Shown: one piece after another, positions 9,638 through 18,485 of the stretch
Layout of the letters: each line of letters begins with the position of its first letter
Position numbering within the stretch: position 1 is the first letter of the stretch
Source of the DNA: a virus
Lineage: Duplodnaviria; Caudoviricetes
Strand: one strand, 5' to 3'
Virus record (IMG/VR): IMGVR_UViG_2030936005_000025
Location: 1 to 64,000 of that record
Length of the DNA: 64,000 bases
Notes under the pieces: model-generated
Told to the model about the DNA's origin: nothing
Databases searched by the model: none
The model's input: only the letters and a program-made list of their open reading frames with translations
Made by a program: the position numbers and the translations under genes

Positions 9638-10162
9638 TTAGGCTACCATAATAGTGATCTGAGAAAGACCGCCCGCTACCACCGTTGTCTGTACAGCATA
9701 ACCGTCGTCCACACCCAGTGCGACCAGGTTACCTGTAATGAAATCTTCAACACTTGACACGATGTCGTCGGTGTACATTACTTCTGCATTCATGGCGAAC
9801 ATATCGATCTTCATGTTCACGTCTTCCGCAGCTGCCTGAATAAGATCAGATAAGATCTCATACAGATAGTTACCGCCATCCATCAGTTCAACTTCATGAT
9901 ACTGAGCCGGCTGGATGTTGTTGTCTTTAATATCCGCCATGGAATATTTCAAGATAGCTTTCTCTTCTGGACCTTCTGCTTTAAAGGTCACAGTGTGATG
10001 CAGAGAACAGCTTACTGCTTTACCTGGGGCTTTTTCAATCAACGCAGCACGTTGTTTACGAACCTCAGCACGCAGGTTCAACAGGTACATGCGCGGAGAC
10101 ATTTCTTGATCAATGCTGAACATAACTAAATCCTTATCTAAAGTTAATAGTGGTTTATACAT
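9638..10162 (-). CDS. Hypothetical protein, 174 aa
   Basis: First ORF after the promoter-like motif. The start overlaps the motif, so a downstream ATG is possible. Confidence 0.65.
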   Translation of the reverse strand: MYKPLLTLDKDLVMFSIDQEMSPRMYLLNLRAEVRKQRAALIEKAPGKAVSCSLHHTVTFKAEGPEEKAILKYSMADIKDNNIQPAQYHEVELMDGGNYLYEILSDLIQAAAEDVNMKIDMFAMNAEVMYTDDIVSSVEDFITGNLVALGVDDGYAVQTTVVAGGLSQITIMVA

Positions 10163-10193
10163 AGTAATGATATCGAACTAAAAAATAATGTAA
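10157..10193 (-). promoter_or_regulatory. Phage promoter-like motif, copy A
   Basis: Minus strand TTTTTTAG-TTCG-ATATCAT-TACTA-TGTA. Confidence 0.6.
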
Positions 10194-10207
10194 ATGAACA
10201 TGCATAA

Positions 10208-10235
10208 GTCTAAGGCGGGTTTCCCCACCTTAGAC
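10208..10235 (-). terminator. Hairpin terminator
   Basis: GTCTAAGG.GGG-TTTC-CCC.CCTTAGAC on plus, GAAA loop on minus. Confidence 0.7.
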
Positions 10236-10244
10236 CTAGTTCAC

Positions 10245-11180
10245 TTATTTAACTTTGTTCTGCTCTTGCTTAGATTTGAAGCCAGCTTCGTTTTCCTTAG
10301 CTGTTTCTTCATTCTCTTTTGCAGTTTCAGCAGGATCTGAGGTAGCGTCCGCTGAGTTAGACTGACCTTCTGGGCCGTTGTCAGACTGACCTGGCTCTGC
10401 CGGGGTCTTCAGCTCATGCTGAGTGCTACCTGGGTTTGCCTGATCGCCTTCGTTAGAATCAGCAACAGAGTTCTGGCTGTTAACCTGAGTGTTCTGCTGG
10501 TCATTCTGCTGGCCGTTTTCCTGACCGTTCTGTTGGTCGTTGTTTTGGGCGTTATCTGAACTCACGTTAGTACCACCTTTCATTTTTAAGTCAGTTTCCT
10601 GACTTTGGGTTTTAACCTTACTATCATCCTGCACCGAAGACTTGGGCGCATTGAAGTAGTAAAGCAGGAATCGACCAGCCACGATTGGATGATCGATATC
10701 AACCTGGCCGACGGCCTTGCTGTCTTTCTTCGCTTCACCGTAAACGGTTGGGACGAAGGAATCGGCAGGGAACTCGTACCCGGTTAATTTCAGCGCTTCA
10801 TACAGGTTGCTGTCTTGTTGAATGGCCAGGTAACGAGAATCGTTTTCCTGAACATAGATCAGACCTGGAGCGGTAACCATTTCAAGTGCAGAGATCTGTG
10901 CAGCACCCTGCTGGTTCTGACGAGACAGTGCTTCGATAGTACCGGTGTTGAACGTCATCTTCTCGATGGTCCAGTTGCGGCTCTTAGCCACAATCTTCAC
11001 ACTGTACTTACCGGTCTTGTCATCACGAACGAATTTACCGAAAGTAACTTCAGATTCGGTCAGACCTTCGTAGTTCTTTTTCGCCAGTGCGATCTTTTTA
11101 GAGTCACCGGTTTTTTCAGCGGCAGCAATCTGCGATTTAGACAGCAGATCCAACAGATACTGATTAATAGTTGGGATCAT
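10245..11180 (-). CDS. Hypothetical protein with Q/N/D/E-rich disordered C-terminal third
   Basis: NAQNNDQQNGQENGQQNDQQNTQ and a TAKENEETAKENE repeat. Confidence 0.75.
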   Translation of the reverse strand: MIPTINQYLLDLLSKSQIAAAEKTGDSKKIALAKKNYEGLTESEVTFGKFVRDDKTGKYSVKIVAKSRNWTIEKMTFNTGTIEALSRQNQQGAAQISALEMVTAPGLIYVQENDSRYLAIQQDSNLYEALKLTGYEFPADSFVPTVYGEAKKDSKAVGQVDIDHPIVAGRFLLYYFNAPKSSVQDDSKVKTQSQETDLKMKGGTNVSSDNAQNNDQQNGQENGQQNDQQNTQVNSQNSVADSNEGDQANPGSTQHELKTPAEPGQSDNGPEGQSNSADATSDPAETAKENEETAKENEAGFKSKQEQNKVK

Positions 11181-11287
11181 TATTTTATTCCATGGAATAT
11201 GAAAGAGTTAATTTTCATAGTGAAAATTGTGAGGTACCTTCATAGGATGTTAAAGGTAGTGAAACAAAAAAAATAAACATAGATAAA

Positions 11288-11309
11288 GGCACTCCCGATT
11301 GGGAGTGCC
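11288..11309 (-). terminator. Hairpin terminator
   Basis: GGCACTCCC-GATT-GGGAGTGCC. Confidence 0.75.
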
Positions 11310-11316
11310 TCTAATA

Positions 11317-11796
11317 TTACTCGTCGTTACCCAGGTTGCCAGGGAAGTAATCAGCAGTGATACGACCCGCGGACATACTGACGAAAGAAGTCAGTGTACC
11401 TGCAGCTGCTGCAATGCCTGTTGCCTGTGGAGCTACTTTCAGAACTGGCGCTACTACTGCCAGCACTGCACCGCCTGCCAAACCAGAAACCAGAGCAGAA
11501 GTTTTAGAACCGGTTGGAGACAGCAGTTCCAGACCCACACCGATACCCACGCCCAGCGCTGCGCCGATCAGGTTACGGTTGTCAGTCATGAACTTACCGG
11601 TTTTAACGTGGAACAGTTTACCTTCAGCAATCACACCGGCGATCACTTCGTCGATCGATTTACCTGCGATTTCTGCACCCACCTCACCCGCTTCTTTCTT
11701 GATCGCATTCAGGCGATCGCCAGCATCGTCGTTTGCAGTCCACAGTGCTTCAGCTTCAGCAGATTCGTGACCGTTGAATTGGTTTTCCATTTTCAT
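11317..11796 (-). CDS. Gly/Ala-rich (glycine-zipper-like) putative membrane protein
   Basis: AGGA RBS, acidic N-half, GAALGVGIGVG and GLAGGAV segments. Confidence 0.7.
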   Translation of the reverse strand: MKMENQFNGHESAEAEALWTANDDAGDRLNAIKKEAGEVGAEIAGKSIDEVIAGVIAEGKLFHVKTGKFMTDNRNLIGAALGVGIGVGLELLSPTGSKTSALVSGLAGGAVLAVVAPVLKVAPQATGIAAAAGTLTSFVSMSAGRITADYFPGNLGNDE

Positions 11797-11840
11797 ATCC
11801 TTTACTTTAATTTAAATGAGTGAGAACATTATTGTTCATA

Positions 11841-11867
11841 TACACTTAAATGATATAGGTCTGAAAA
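11841..11867 (-). promoter_or_regulatory. Phage promoter-like motif, copy B
   Basis: TTTTCAG-ACCT-ATATCAT-TTAAG-TGTA. Confidence 0.55.
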
Positions 11868-11881
11868 TAAATCCAACTGAA

Positions 11882-12469
11882 TCACTTACCTTTTATTTCC
11901 CCAGTGCGATGATGTTTACGACAGACAGAAACATAAGAATCGTTTCCACCTATCTCAACCTGGTTACCCTCCCTGACTACCTCACCATTTCCATTTAACC
12001 GCAACACCATGTCGGCACGTTTACCACACCAACAGATCGTTCTGATTTCAACGAGTCTGTCAGATCTCGCAAATAACATACTGGTACCGTCAAACAAATT
12101 ACCTTGGAAGTCAGTGCGAAGACCATAAGCCATCACAGGGATCCCCAAGATATCAACTACTTCAGTAAGCTGAATAACTTGCTCTTTGGTTAAGAACTGA
12201 ACTTCGTCAATAAAGACGCAGACAATTTTTGGATTCTCTACCCACTTGTCACCGATAAAGGTATACAGGTTTTCTTCAGGAGAGAACAAGACGCAGGGAG
12301 TTTCCTGACCCATACGAGAACGAACCACCGCTTTATCTTCACGGGTATCAATACCTGGCTTCAACACCAACGTTTGCATACCCCGTTCGATATAGTTGTG
12401 ATTATCCTTTAACAGGAGTGCAGACTTTCCTGCATTCATGGTGCTGTAGTGAAAATGGAGAGAGGCCAT
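11882..12469 (-). CDS. tdk: Thymidine kinase
   Basis: P-loop STMNAGKS, VFIDEVQF, YGLRTDFQG, Zn-lasso CWCG...YVSVCRKHH. Confidence 0.97.
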   Translation of the reverse strand: MASLHFHYSTMNAGKSALLLKDNHNYIERGMQTLVLKPGIDTREDKAVVRSRMGQETPCVLFSPEENLYTFIGDKWVENPKIVCVFIDEVQFLTKEQVIQLTEVVDILGIPVMAYGLRTDFQGNLFDGTSMLFARSDRLVEIRTICWCGKRADMVLRLNGNGEVVREGNQVEIGGNDSYVSVCRKHHRTGEIKGK

Positions 12470-12481
12470 AGAGGTCCTTGA

Positions 12482-12757
12482 TTAACGGTAAAATGTCCAA
12501 AGGAATTGAGCAGGTACACCTATTCCTAATACATACATTAGGAAAGGTTTGTCTAACATATTGCCTTTCAATTCAAAAATTACTTCAAAGAGTCGTGTAA
12601 CCAAAACGCCCAAAGTAAAATAGGCAAAAACACCGTAATTAAGGATTAACGCAATTGTCACAACCATAACAAGAAAAATAAATGCATATAAATTCTCTTG
12701 AGAGAATAACGTCTTTCTCCCACCGTCCTTTACAGCTGCCAATCTCTTCAACGACAT
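12482..12757 (-). CDS. Small multi-TM membrane protein, holin-like topology
   Basis: 91 aa, basic N-terminus, about three hydrophobic segments, AGGAGG RBS. Confidence 0.65.
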   Translation of the reverse strand: MSLKRLAAVKDGGRKTLFSQENLYAFIFLVMVVTIALILNYGVFAYFTLGVLVTRLFEVIFELKGNMLDKPFLMYVLGIGVPAQFLWTFYR

Positions 12758-12861
12758 TTCACACCTCCTTCACAGGAGGGCACTACGTTTATCAGCTGCA
12801 TGCTGCGCCTCGATAGCTTTACAACATTATCATCGAGATCAGGGCTGATTATCCCTTGCAT
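12748..12861 (-). CDS. Candidate 37-aa upstream ORF (MQGIISPDLDDNVVKLSRRSMQLINVVPSCEGGVKCR)
   Basis: Translated by hand. AAGGA lies about 14 nt upstream, and the stop overlaps the start of the 91-aa gene. Confidence 0.3.
   Translation of the reverse strand: MQGIISPDLDDNVVKLSRRSMQLINVVPSCEGGVKCR
12764..12779 (-). promoter_or_regulatory. RBS-sequestering hairpin
   Basis: CCUCCU-GUGA-AGGAGG. The 3' arm is the SD, 6 nt before the ATG at 12757. Confidence 0.6.
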
Positions 12862-12922
12862 GATAGTTATCAGATTCCTTTCTACCCCTTATTTTTATCA
12901 AAAAAAAAATATAAGGAAGACA

Positions 12923-12948
12923 CTGACTCAGGGAGATCCCTGAGTCAG
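12923..12948 (-). terminator. Terminator after the chaperonin gene
   Basis: CTGACTCAGGG-AGAT-CCCTGAGTCAG, with a T-tract at 12900-12909 on minus. Confidence 0.8.
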
Positions 12949-12955
12949 CACCTGG

Positions 12956-14521
12956 TTACTTGTAGCTCTGATTAGAACGACCCATGACATTACTGGTCTT
13001 GCCCAGAGTCTTCGCGGTTGCCCACGCGCCATCTAAAGCAATCATTGTTGCAGCAGCATTGTCAAATACAGCGGTCGGTTTATCAGAAACTTCACCGGTA
13101 ACCAAATCAATATATTTACCGTAATCTGCATCGCCTAATTTCAGGCCAGTCAGATGAGTATATTGATAGGTCAACAGGTCGGAAAGTTCTATCCGCAGCT
13201 GTTCGAGTTCCTCATCAGATTGTTCAGGTTGTGCTGCAAGCCATTTAGAGGCTTCCATATACGCATAACCGATACCTGGGAGGACGCCGAACTGCAGACC
13301 GGTACGAGCCGCTTTCATCACATCTTCGTAACGATAATAACGTTCAGACGCATCCGAATCCGTTATGCCGGTTACACGGATGGTGACGTTGTTTGCACGC
13401 AGACGAGAGATACGCTTAAACAGAGACATACCGATAACGGTTGCACGTTCTACCGCACCCATCTCTTTATAACGCTCATCCAACGGAGCCAGGATCTCAT
13501 TGGTGATCTTAGCCACATCAGGTTGCTTGCCATCAATGAAGAAGCCACGCGCACGAATGGTGAAGTCATTCGCATTGTGAACCACATCTTCTTTGGTCAG
13601 TGCACCCAGTTCAAAGATCGGTCGAGTCCCCAGCAACGCTGCCAGGTCACTGAACATTACCGCACCCAGTCGGCCGGCTGCTGTCAGTTGTACTGGAATA
13701 ATAGCTTTACGACCCAGAGATGCATTGTACTGATTGATGCGCTGAATCGCTGCCATCTCGAAGTTACGTGCAATGAACAGCACCGGAACTTTGAAGTCCA
13801 CATTTGTCATCGTACTCAGGATGTCGTCATGGATGGTACGAACACCATCATCCAGAAGAACAATCAGTGCACCGCCTTTGTCCACAGTGAAGGCACCCAT
13901 ACCGATTTTGTCATTCATCTGATCATCAGCGAATCCACCTTCGAAGAAGATCTGACTGGTCAGAATGACCTCATCTTCTTTCAGCGCAGGAACACGCTGC
14001 AGAGTGATGTTCGGTTTGTCATATGTCTGATACACTTCCAGCACTTTGTCAACGATGGTTTCTTCATAGTTCGAAGAAGTCATCAACATTGCACGGAAAT
14101 GATCGTCGGTGACTTTACAGTCGATGATCATGCTGGAGATAAAGCTGCGAACTTCAGCAATCGTCTTATCCAGATAACGCAGGTTCTTAAACGTCATCTT
14201 GTCTTTGAACATTTCAAAGAGTTGATAAGTCTGGAACACGGTAGTGGTTGTACCGTCACCGACCTCGTTATCCGTTTTGATTGACGGTTCGGTAATGATC
14301 TTGGCAAACAGATTACGACGCGCTTCGTTGAAGTCCAGCGCCTTAGCCACCGACACACCGTCCTTCGTTACCTTAGGAAGATTGGTCTGATTGATCACCA
14401 CATAACGACCGTTTGGACCCATCGTCGAACACACAGACTCGAATGCGTTCTGCATAACTTCGTTGATGATATCGCGGGTATCGTCTTTATTGGTGAAAGT
14501 TTGCTCAGCTAATACGGACAT
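12956..14521 (-). CDS. groEL: Phage GroEL-like chaperonin
   Basis: TMGPNG, VTKDGVSVA, VGDGTTTT, GVLPGIG, FDNAAA; 521 aa, no GGM tail. Confidence 0.92.
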   Translation of the reverse strand: MSVLAEQTFTNKDDTRDIINEVMQNAFESVCSTMGPNGRYVVINQTNLPKVTKDGVSVAKALDFNEARRNLFAKIITEPSIKTDNEVGDGTTTTVFQTYQLFEMFKDKMTFKNLRYLDKTIAEVRSFISSMIIDCKVTDDHFRAMLMTSSNYEETIVDKVLEVYQTYDKPNITLQRVPALKEDEVILTSQIFFEGGFADDQMNDKIGMGAFTVDKGGALIVLLDDGVRTIHDDILSTMTNVDFKVPVLFIARNFEMAAIQRINQYNASLGRKAIIPVQLTAAGRLGAVMFSDLAALLGTRPIFELGALTKEDVVHNANDFTIRARGFFIDGKQPDVAKITNEILAPLDERYKEMGAVERATVIGMSLFKRISRLRANNVTIRVTGITDSDASERYYRYEDVMKAARTGLQFGVLPGIGYAYMEASKWLAAQPEQSDEELEQLRIELSDLLTYQYTHLTGLKLGDADYGKYIDLVTGEVSDKPTAVFDNAAATMIALDGAWATAKTLGKTSNVMGRSNQSYK

Positions 14522-14559
14522 GTCTTTTCCTTCTTTCTCTAAAGTATGGGGGCAATTAC

Positions 14560-14877
14560 TTATTCTGTTACAGGGATCATGCGATTATCGAAATCTTTCT
14601 GTTCCCGATGGAATAACTGTTGGGACACTACATCACGATAAATAACACGAGGGGTATAACTGACACCGAATACACTGATGTCACGTTCGTAAACCAGGAT
14701 ACCATTAGGTCCCTGATGAACTACAAAACTTTCAGTACGAGAATGGCCCGCACCGATAGTTGTGCCGAGCTTAGCAAAGTCCAGAGGAATGCTAAGCGGA
14801 TATTCAGGCTTGGCGATACCTAATAACTCATAGGTTCCGCCCTTACCTTCACAGGTGAACAGTTTGTATTCCGACAT
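14560..14877 (-). CDS. DUF1653-like hypothetical protein
   Basis: KGGTYELLGIA...VIYRD...LFHRE..DF..R resembles the DUF1653 pattern. Confidence 0.55.
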   Translation of the reverse strand: MSEYKLFTCEGKGGTYELLGIAKPEYPLSIPLDFAKLGTTIGAGHSRTESFVVHQGPNGILVYERDISVFGVSYTPRVIYRDVVSQQLFHREQKDFDNRMIPVTE

Positions 14878-15100
14878 GGTTTACCTCTGGTTTGGTTTTC
14901 TTGGCCAACCAGTAATAGAACACTGGCCAACCGACAATGAGACCCAGGGTGATTGCCAGATATTTCACACGTTTCTTGATTCCCTTGGACTGGGTGTAAG
15001 ATTCACTACAACACCACATGAACTTAGCCCAGGTAAAGAAGCCCGTTGAGAACCACATGAAAAGAAAGATCACTGCTGCAATAGTCAATAAGTATGCCAT
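14849..15100 (-). CDS. Small two-TM membrane protein
   Basis: 83 aa, two hydrophobic runs. Confidence 0.65.
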   Translation of the reverse strand: MAYLLTIAAVIFLFMWFSTGFFTWAKFMWCCSESYTQSKGIKKRVKYLAITLGLIVGWPVFYYWLAKKTKPEVNHVGIQTVHL

Positions 15101-15105
15101 TGTTT

Positions 15106-15747
15106 TTATTCTACCACTGGAAGGTCTTTGATATCAGACCGTTTATGTTTAGTGATGTCAATGATTTTATTACCATCACGCGTTTTGATTAAGAATTGGG
15201 TAGCGGTCAATTCTCTTAAAATTAACCCATCAATAAATCCATGTTGCCCAACATCTAAAAGCTGATAACCAAATTGAATAAGGTCATAGCCATTGTATTT
15301 CTTAAATTCCTTTTTGGTTAGCCCCACCTTTTCCATGACCAGGTCATTAATGAGATTGATGGCTTCAAAACTATAATTCTCTAAGCTCTTTAATTCATCC
15401 AGAGAACCGGTGTGTTTGAAAGCAACTTCATGGAAAGTGAAAACAGAGTGAGGATAAGTCAAACGGATGTAGTCACCAATCTGAGGCATCAGTGCCCCCA
15501 TTGACGCATTGAAAAGACGAGAGATGAAAGTAACGTCAAGCGCTTTACTTTCTAACTTCTCTTTCAACATCAACCCTGTATGAACAGAACCCCCGTTACT
15601 GTTAATCCAAATCAACAGTTTGCTACCTGAAGGAATATCGTCGATCAGGTCGAAGATCTGTTCCATGTAGGTTTGATTAAACTCCCCATTGAAATTAATC
15701 TCATAGCTGTCGGGAGATTCAACTTCTTTTACTTCTTCAAATGCCAT
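15106..15747 (-). CDS. clpP: ClpP-family serine protease
   Basis: INSNGGSV..G, ASMGA (catalytic Ser), FTFHE (His), GFID. Confidence 0.8.
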   Translation of the reverse strand: MAFEEVKEVESPDSYEINFNGEFNQTYMEQIFDLIDDIPSGSKLLIWINSNGGSVHTGLMLKEKLESKALDVTFISRLFNASMGALMPQIGDYIRLTYPHSVFTFHEVAFKHTGSLDELKSLENYSFEAINLINDLVMEKVGLTKKEFKKYNGYDLIQFGYQLLDVGQHGFIDGLILRELTATQFLIKTRDGNKIIDITKHKRSDIKDLPVVE

Positions 15748-15778
15748 GGCGTATCCCCATTAAAATAATTGTACAGTA

Positions 15779-15805
15779 TACACACTAATAATATCTGCTT
15801 GATTT
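15779..15805 (-). promoter_or_regulatory. Phage promoter-like motif, copy C
   Basis: AAATCAA-GCAG-ATATTAT-TAGTG-TGTA upstream of the clpP-like gene. Confidence 0.55.
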
Positions 15806-15836
15806 ATTTTTAAGAACAAAAATAAAAGAAGAGAAG

Positions 15837-15856
15837 TAGGGGACAGATGTCCCCTA
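15837..15856 (-). terminator. Hairpin terminator
   Basis: TAGGGGAC-AGAT-GTCCCCTA. Confidence 0.7.
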
Positions 15857-15863
15857 TTCTTAA

Positions 15864-16238
15864 TTAGTACCACATCCTTTCAGGATAATACTGATACAAC
15901 GTACTTCGGACAACCATAAAGATAACAACCAATATAGCGATTCGAACCAGTTGCGCATGATAGCCGGTAATCCAAGAAGCGTTCTTCTCTAGCCAGTCTT
16001 TTGTACTGGGAGCCCAGAGTATTACACCCGCGCCGCTCATTAATCCCCAGAACACAATGGGAAGATAAGACACCACAAACGGGTGTAACATCAGAATCGC
16101 TCCACCGACAATAAGAAAAGTATTACCTTTGAAGAAGGTCACCTTTCTTTCCAGTAGTGTACAGAACCATCCCCACACAAGAGCATAGAGACAGAAGCCC
16201 AGAATTTCCCAACCAAAACCAAAGATGAAAGCTTTCAT
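15864..16238 (-). CDS. Multi-TM membrane protein, 124 aa
   Basis: About four hydrophobic segments, AAGGA RBS. Confidence 0.7.
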   Translation of the reverse strand: MKAFIFGFGWEILGFCLYALVWGWFCTLLERKVTFFKGNTFLIVGGAILMLHPFVVSYLPIVFWGLMSGAGVILWAPSTKDWLEKNASWITGYHAQLVRIAILVVIFMVVRSTLYQYYPERMWY

Positions 16239-16245
16239 ACATTCC

Positions 16246-16560
16246 TTAACGACGTTTGCGTGGATTCTTTCTTTTCGCCAACTGGGAGTAAGAGATCACT
16301 TTCCCGGCTGCTTTGCCAACGCGCTCAGTAGCGGCGAGAAGTGCATGACGTACTTTCTTGTACTCTTCCATCTCCCCTTCACGAACAATCACGTTCTGTG
16401 GGGTATTGAAAAAGCGCTGACCCAGACGAATCCCGATACCAGGAACTTCCATCGAACCGTGCTGACCTGCGATAATCATTTTACCGCCCTGACAACGTAC
16501 CGCCCAGAAAGGATCATTGTTGGATGCTTTCTGAGATAATTCTGGCGTTAACTTAAACAT
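16246..16560 (-). CDS. Hypothetical basic protein, 104 aa
   Basis: Coupled ORF, C-terminal KRKNPRKRR. Confidence 0.65.
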   Translation of the reverse strand: MFKLTPELSQKASNNDPFWAVRCQGGKMIIAGQHGSMEVPGIGIRLGQRFFNTPQNVIVREGEMEEYKKVRHALLAATERVGKAAGKVISYSQLAKRKNPRKRR

Positions 16561-17269
16561 CTTTCTTCTCCGCTCTTTCTTTCATGATTTCAGCAGCGAT
16601 GCCATCGGCTTCACGATAGACGTGTTCGATCTTCATGATGTCGGCATCATCGCGTTTAGCTGCCGCTTCAGTGACATCCCAGATCTCAAAGTTCAATTCA
16701 GACTGACGCATCTTGTCCCGATAGATCAGATCAAAATCAGTCAGGTCGAGATGAACGAAAGTGTCTGCTTCAAACTCACCATCAAAGGTAGTCAGATAGA
16801 TACGAGAAGTATGCGGCATGAATGCTTCATAAATCTTCGCACCACCGATGACCATCATCTCGCCACCATCGTTCCAGTCGCCCATCCCGTGATTAATTGC
16901 TTCGATCACCTTTTCAGGAGATTGTGCTACAATCACTCTTGGTGTAACTTTACCAGCTTGGGTTGCAATACCCATGTTGGTTTTAATATCTTCGGTCACT
17001 TCTTCAATATGATTACCAGTGACAACAATATTGACACGACCCGGCAGAGGTTTACGACCCAGACTCACCCAGGTATTATAACCCATGATGACAACTTTAC
17101 CTTTGGTGTGATCCTTGAACCACTCCATGTCGAGTTTGTTATTGATGAAACCATCCCACGGAAGTCCGTTTCTAACACCAATAGCACCTCGGTTATCCAC
17201 TGCCATGATCATGGCGAAGGTAATGTATTTAACTGGTTTGGAAAATGTGTAATAAGAGAAGCTATCCAT
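16553..17269 (-). CDS. folA: Dihydrofolate reductase
   Basis: AIG..NGLPW, DMEWFKDHT, IMGYNTW.SL..KPLPGRVNIVVT, VIGGAKIY, ADTF; C-terminal extension. Confidence 0.93.
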   Translation of the reverse strand: MDSFSYYTFSKPVKYITFAMIMAVDNRGAIGVRNGLPWDGFINNKLDMEWFKDHTKGKVVIMGYNTWVSLGRKPLPGRVNIVVTGNHIEEVTEDIKTNMGIATQAGKVTPRVIVAQSPEKVIEAINHGMGDWNDGGEMMVIGGAKIYEAFMPHTSRIYLTTFDGEFEADTFVHLDLTDFDLIYRDKMRQSELNFEIWDVTEAAAKRDDADIMKIEHVYREADGIAAEIMKERAEKKDV

Positions 17270-17278
17270 AATGGATCC

Positions 17279-17770
17279 TTAGATTCGTTTAGCTAAGTAA
17301 ACTTGTGTGGGTTCATAATTCATCGCGTCATAGAAAGCCCGCGCGTGTTCGTTATTGGACAGGACCGCCAGATGAATCTCTGAACATCCCATCTTCTTCG
17401 AAATAGATTCGGCTTGTTGCATCAAGTGTTCAGCATATCCTTTTCTACGATATTGCGGATTGATGTACAGGAAGCCAAAGAGACCAACCATATGGTCGAC
17501 TGATTTCACAGGTTGGACTAGAACGGTACCAATGACGTCATTGGTCTTCTTATGCTCCAGTACCAAGAGATAAGAACCTTCTCGAACGAAATCGATCAGA
17601 TGCTGTTTCTTAATAGAACCTGTGTCTTTCTGGAATTGATAAGTACGAAGCGGTGCTTCATATTCAATCAATCCGTTCAACGTTTCGACAATCGCCGATT
17701 CCCAAGCTGGGAGTAAACCTTTGGCGATATCTTCGTGAGGGAGTATCCACAGCTCGGTGTTGTTTTTCAT
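17279..17770 (-). CDS. GNAT-family acetyltransferase
   Basis: Motif A LYINPQYRRKGYAEHLM, NEHARAFY. Confidence 0.88.
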   Translation of the reverse strand: MKNNTELWILPHEDIAKGLLPAWESAIVETLNGLIEYEAPLRTYQFQKDTGSIKKQHLIDFVREGSYLLVLEHKKTNDVIGTVLVQPVKSVDHMVGLFGFLYINPQYRRKGYAEHLMQQAESISKKMGCSEIHLAVLSNNEHARAFYDAMNYEPTQVYLAKRI

Positions 17771-18444
17771 TTGCTATTGTCATCCCGTCCGGCAAGATCC
17801 ATGATCATACTGCCGAGTGCGTTAACAGAACTGAACTTGTTCTGATGTTTATAAGCCTCATAGTTACAAAGCTCTTGATAAACCAGAACCGATTCGTTAG
17901 GAGCATGAACTGTATGGAGATCACCAAACGGGTTATCATCCAGTAACAGGATTTCATGTTCAGGGAAAAACGACTTCAGGTAATCAATTTTGTTGCTGTG
18001 TTTACCACCGTGAATAAAGTGAACGTCGTCGAGATGTCGAGAAACATCATGGCGATCCAGCCAGTCGTGAGTGTTTTCTTTCACACCGCTTTCCGCGTTA
18101 CGGTGAGTGGCGATGATAGTGGCAAGATCGTCACCCAGCACAACTTTCAAACGGTTAAGCATGGTAAGAAATTCACCGTCGGTGATCAGCTTGGTTGGTT
18201 TTACGGTTTTAACGTAACTGCCTTCACGGATGATATCACGTGTGATGATCTTGCGAAGGTGATCAGGATAAAGCATAGTAGAATGCAGACCGTCTTTACG
18301 GTTAGCGTGAACTGCGTCATATACCCACTTCAAGTCATCCCATGCTGCCATGTCATAAAGCTTATGACGTAAACGGATCACCACTTCTTCTTGGGTGTCT
18401 GTCATGGTGTCGTCCATGTCAATCGCTAAAAGTACTTTACTCAT
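17767..18444 (-). CDS. HAD-superfamily 5'(3')-nucleotidase-like hydrolase
   Basis: Motif I IDMDDTMTDT, motif III/IV K...LLLDDNP. Confidence 0.8.
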   Translation of the reverse strand: MSKVLLAIDMDDTMTDTQEEVVIRLRHKLYDMAAWDDLKWVYDAVHANRKDGLHSTMLYPDHLRKIITRDIIREGSYVKTVKPTKLITDGEFLTMLNRLKVVLGDDLATIIATHRNAESGVKENTHDWLDRHDVSRHLDDVHFIHGGKHSNKIDYLKSFFPEHEILLLDDNPFGDLHTVHAPNESVLVYQELCNYEAYKHQNKFSSVNALGSMIMDLAGRDDNSK

Positions 18445-18485
18445 TATAGTTCCTCAGAACAAAAAAATTTAGATTGATAAACATT

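Noticed and set aside
11299-11823. Plus-strand 174-aa and 137-aa ORFs
   Set aside because: Antisense to a gene with its own promoter motif, RBS and terminator
13154-14284. 376-aa plus-strand ORF antisense to the chaperonin
   Set aside because: Lies wholly opposite groEL, has no RBS or recognisable motifs, and is explained by the codon bias of a highly expressed gene
16622-17296. 224-aa plus-strand ORF
   Set aside because: Antisense shadow of DHFR
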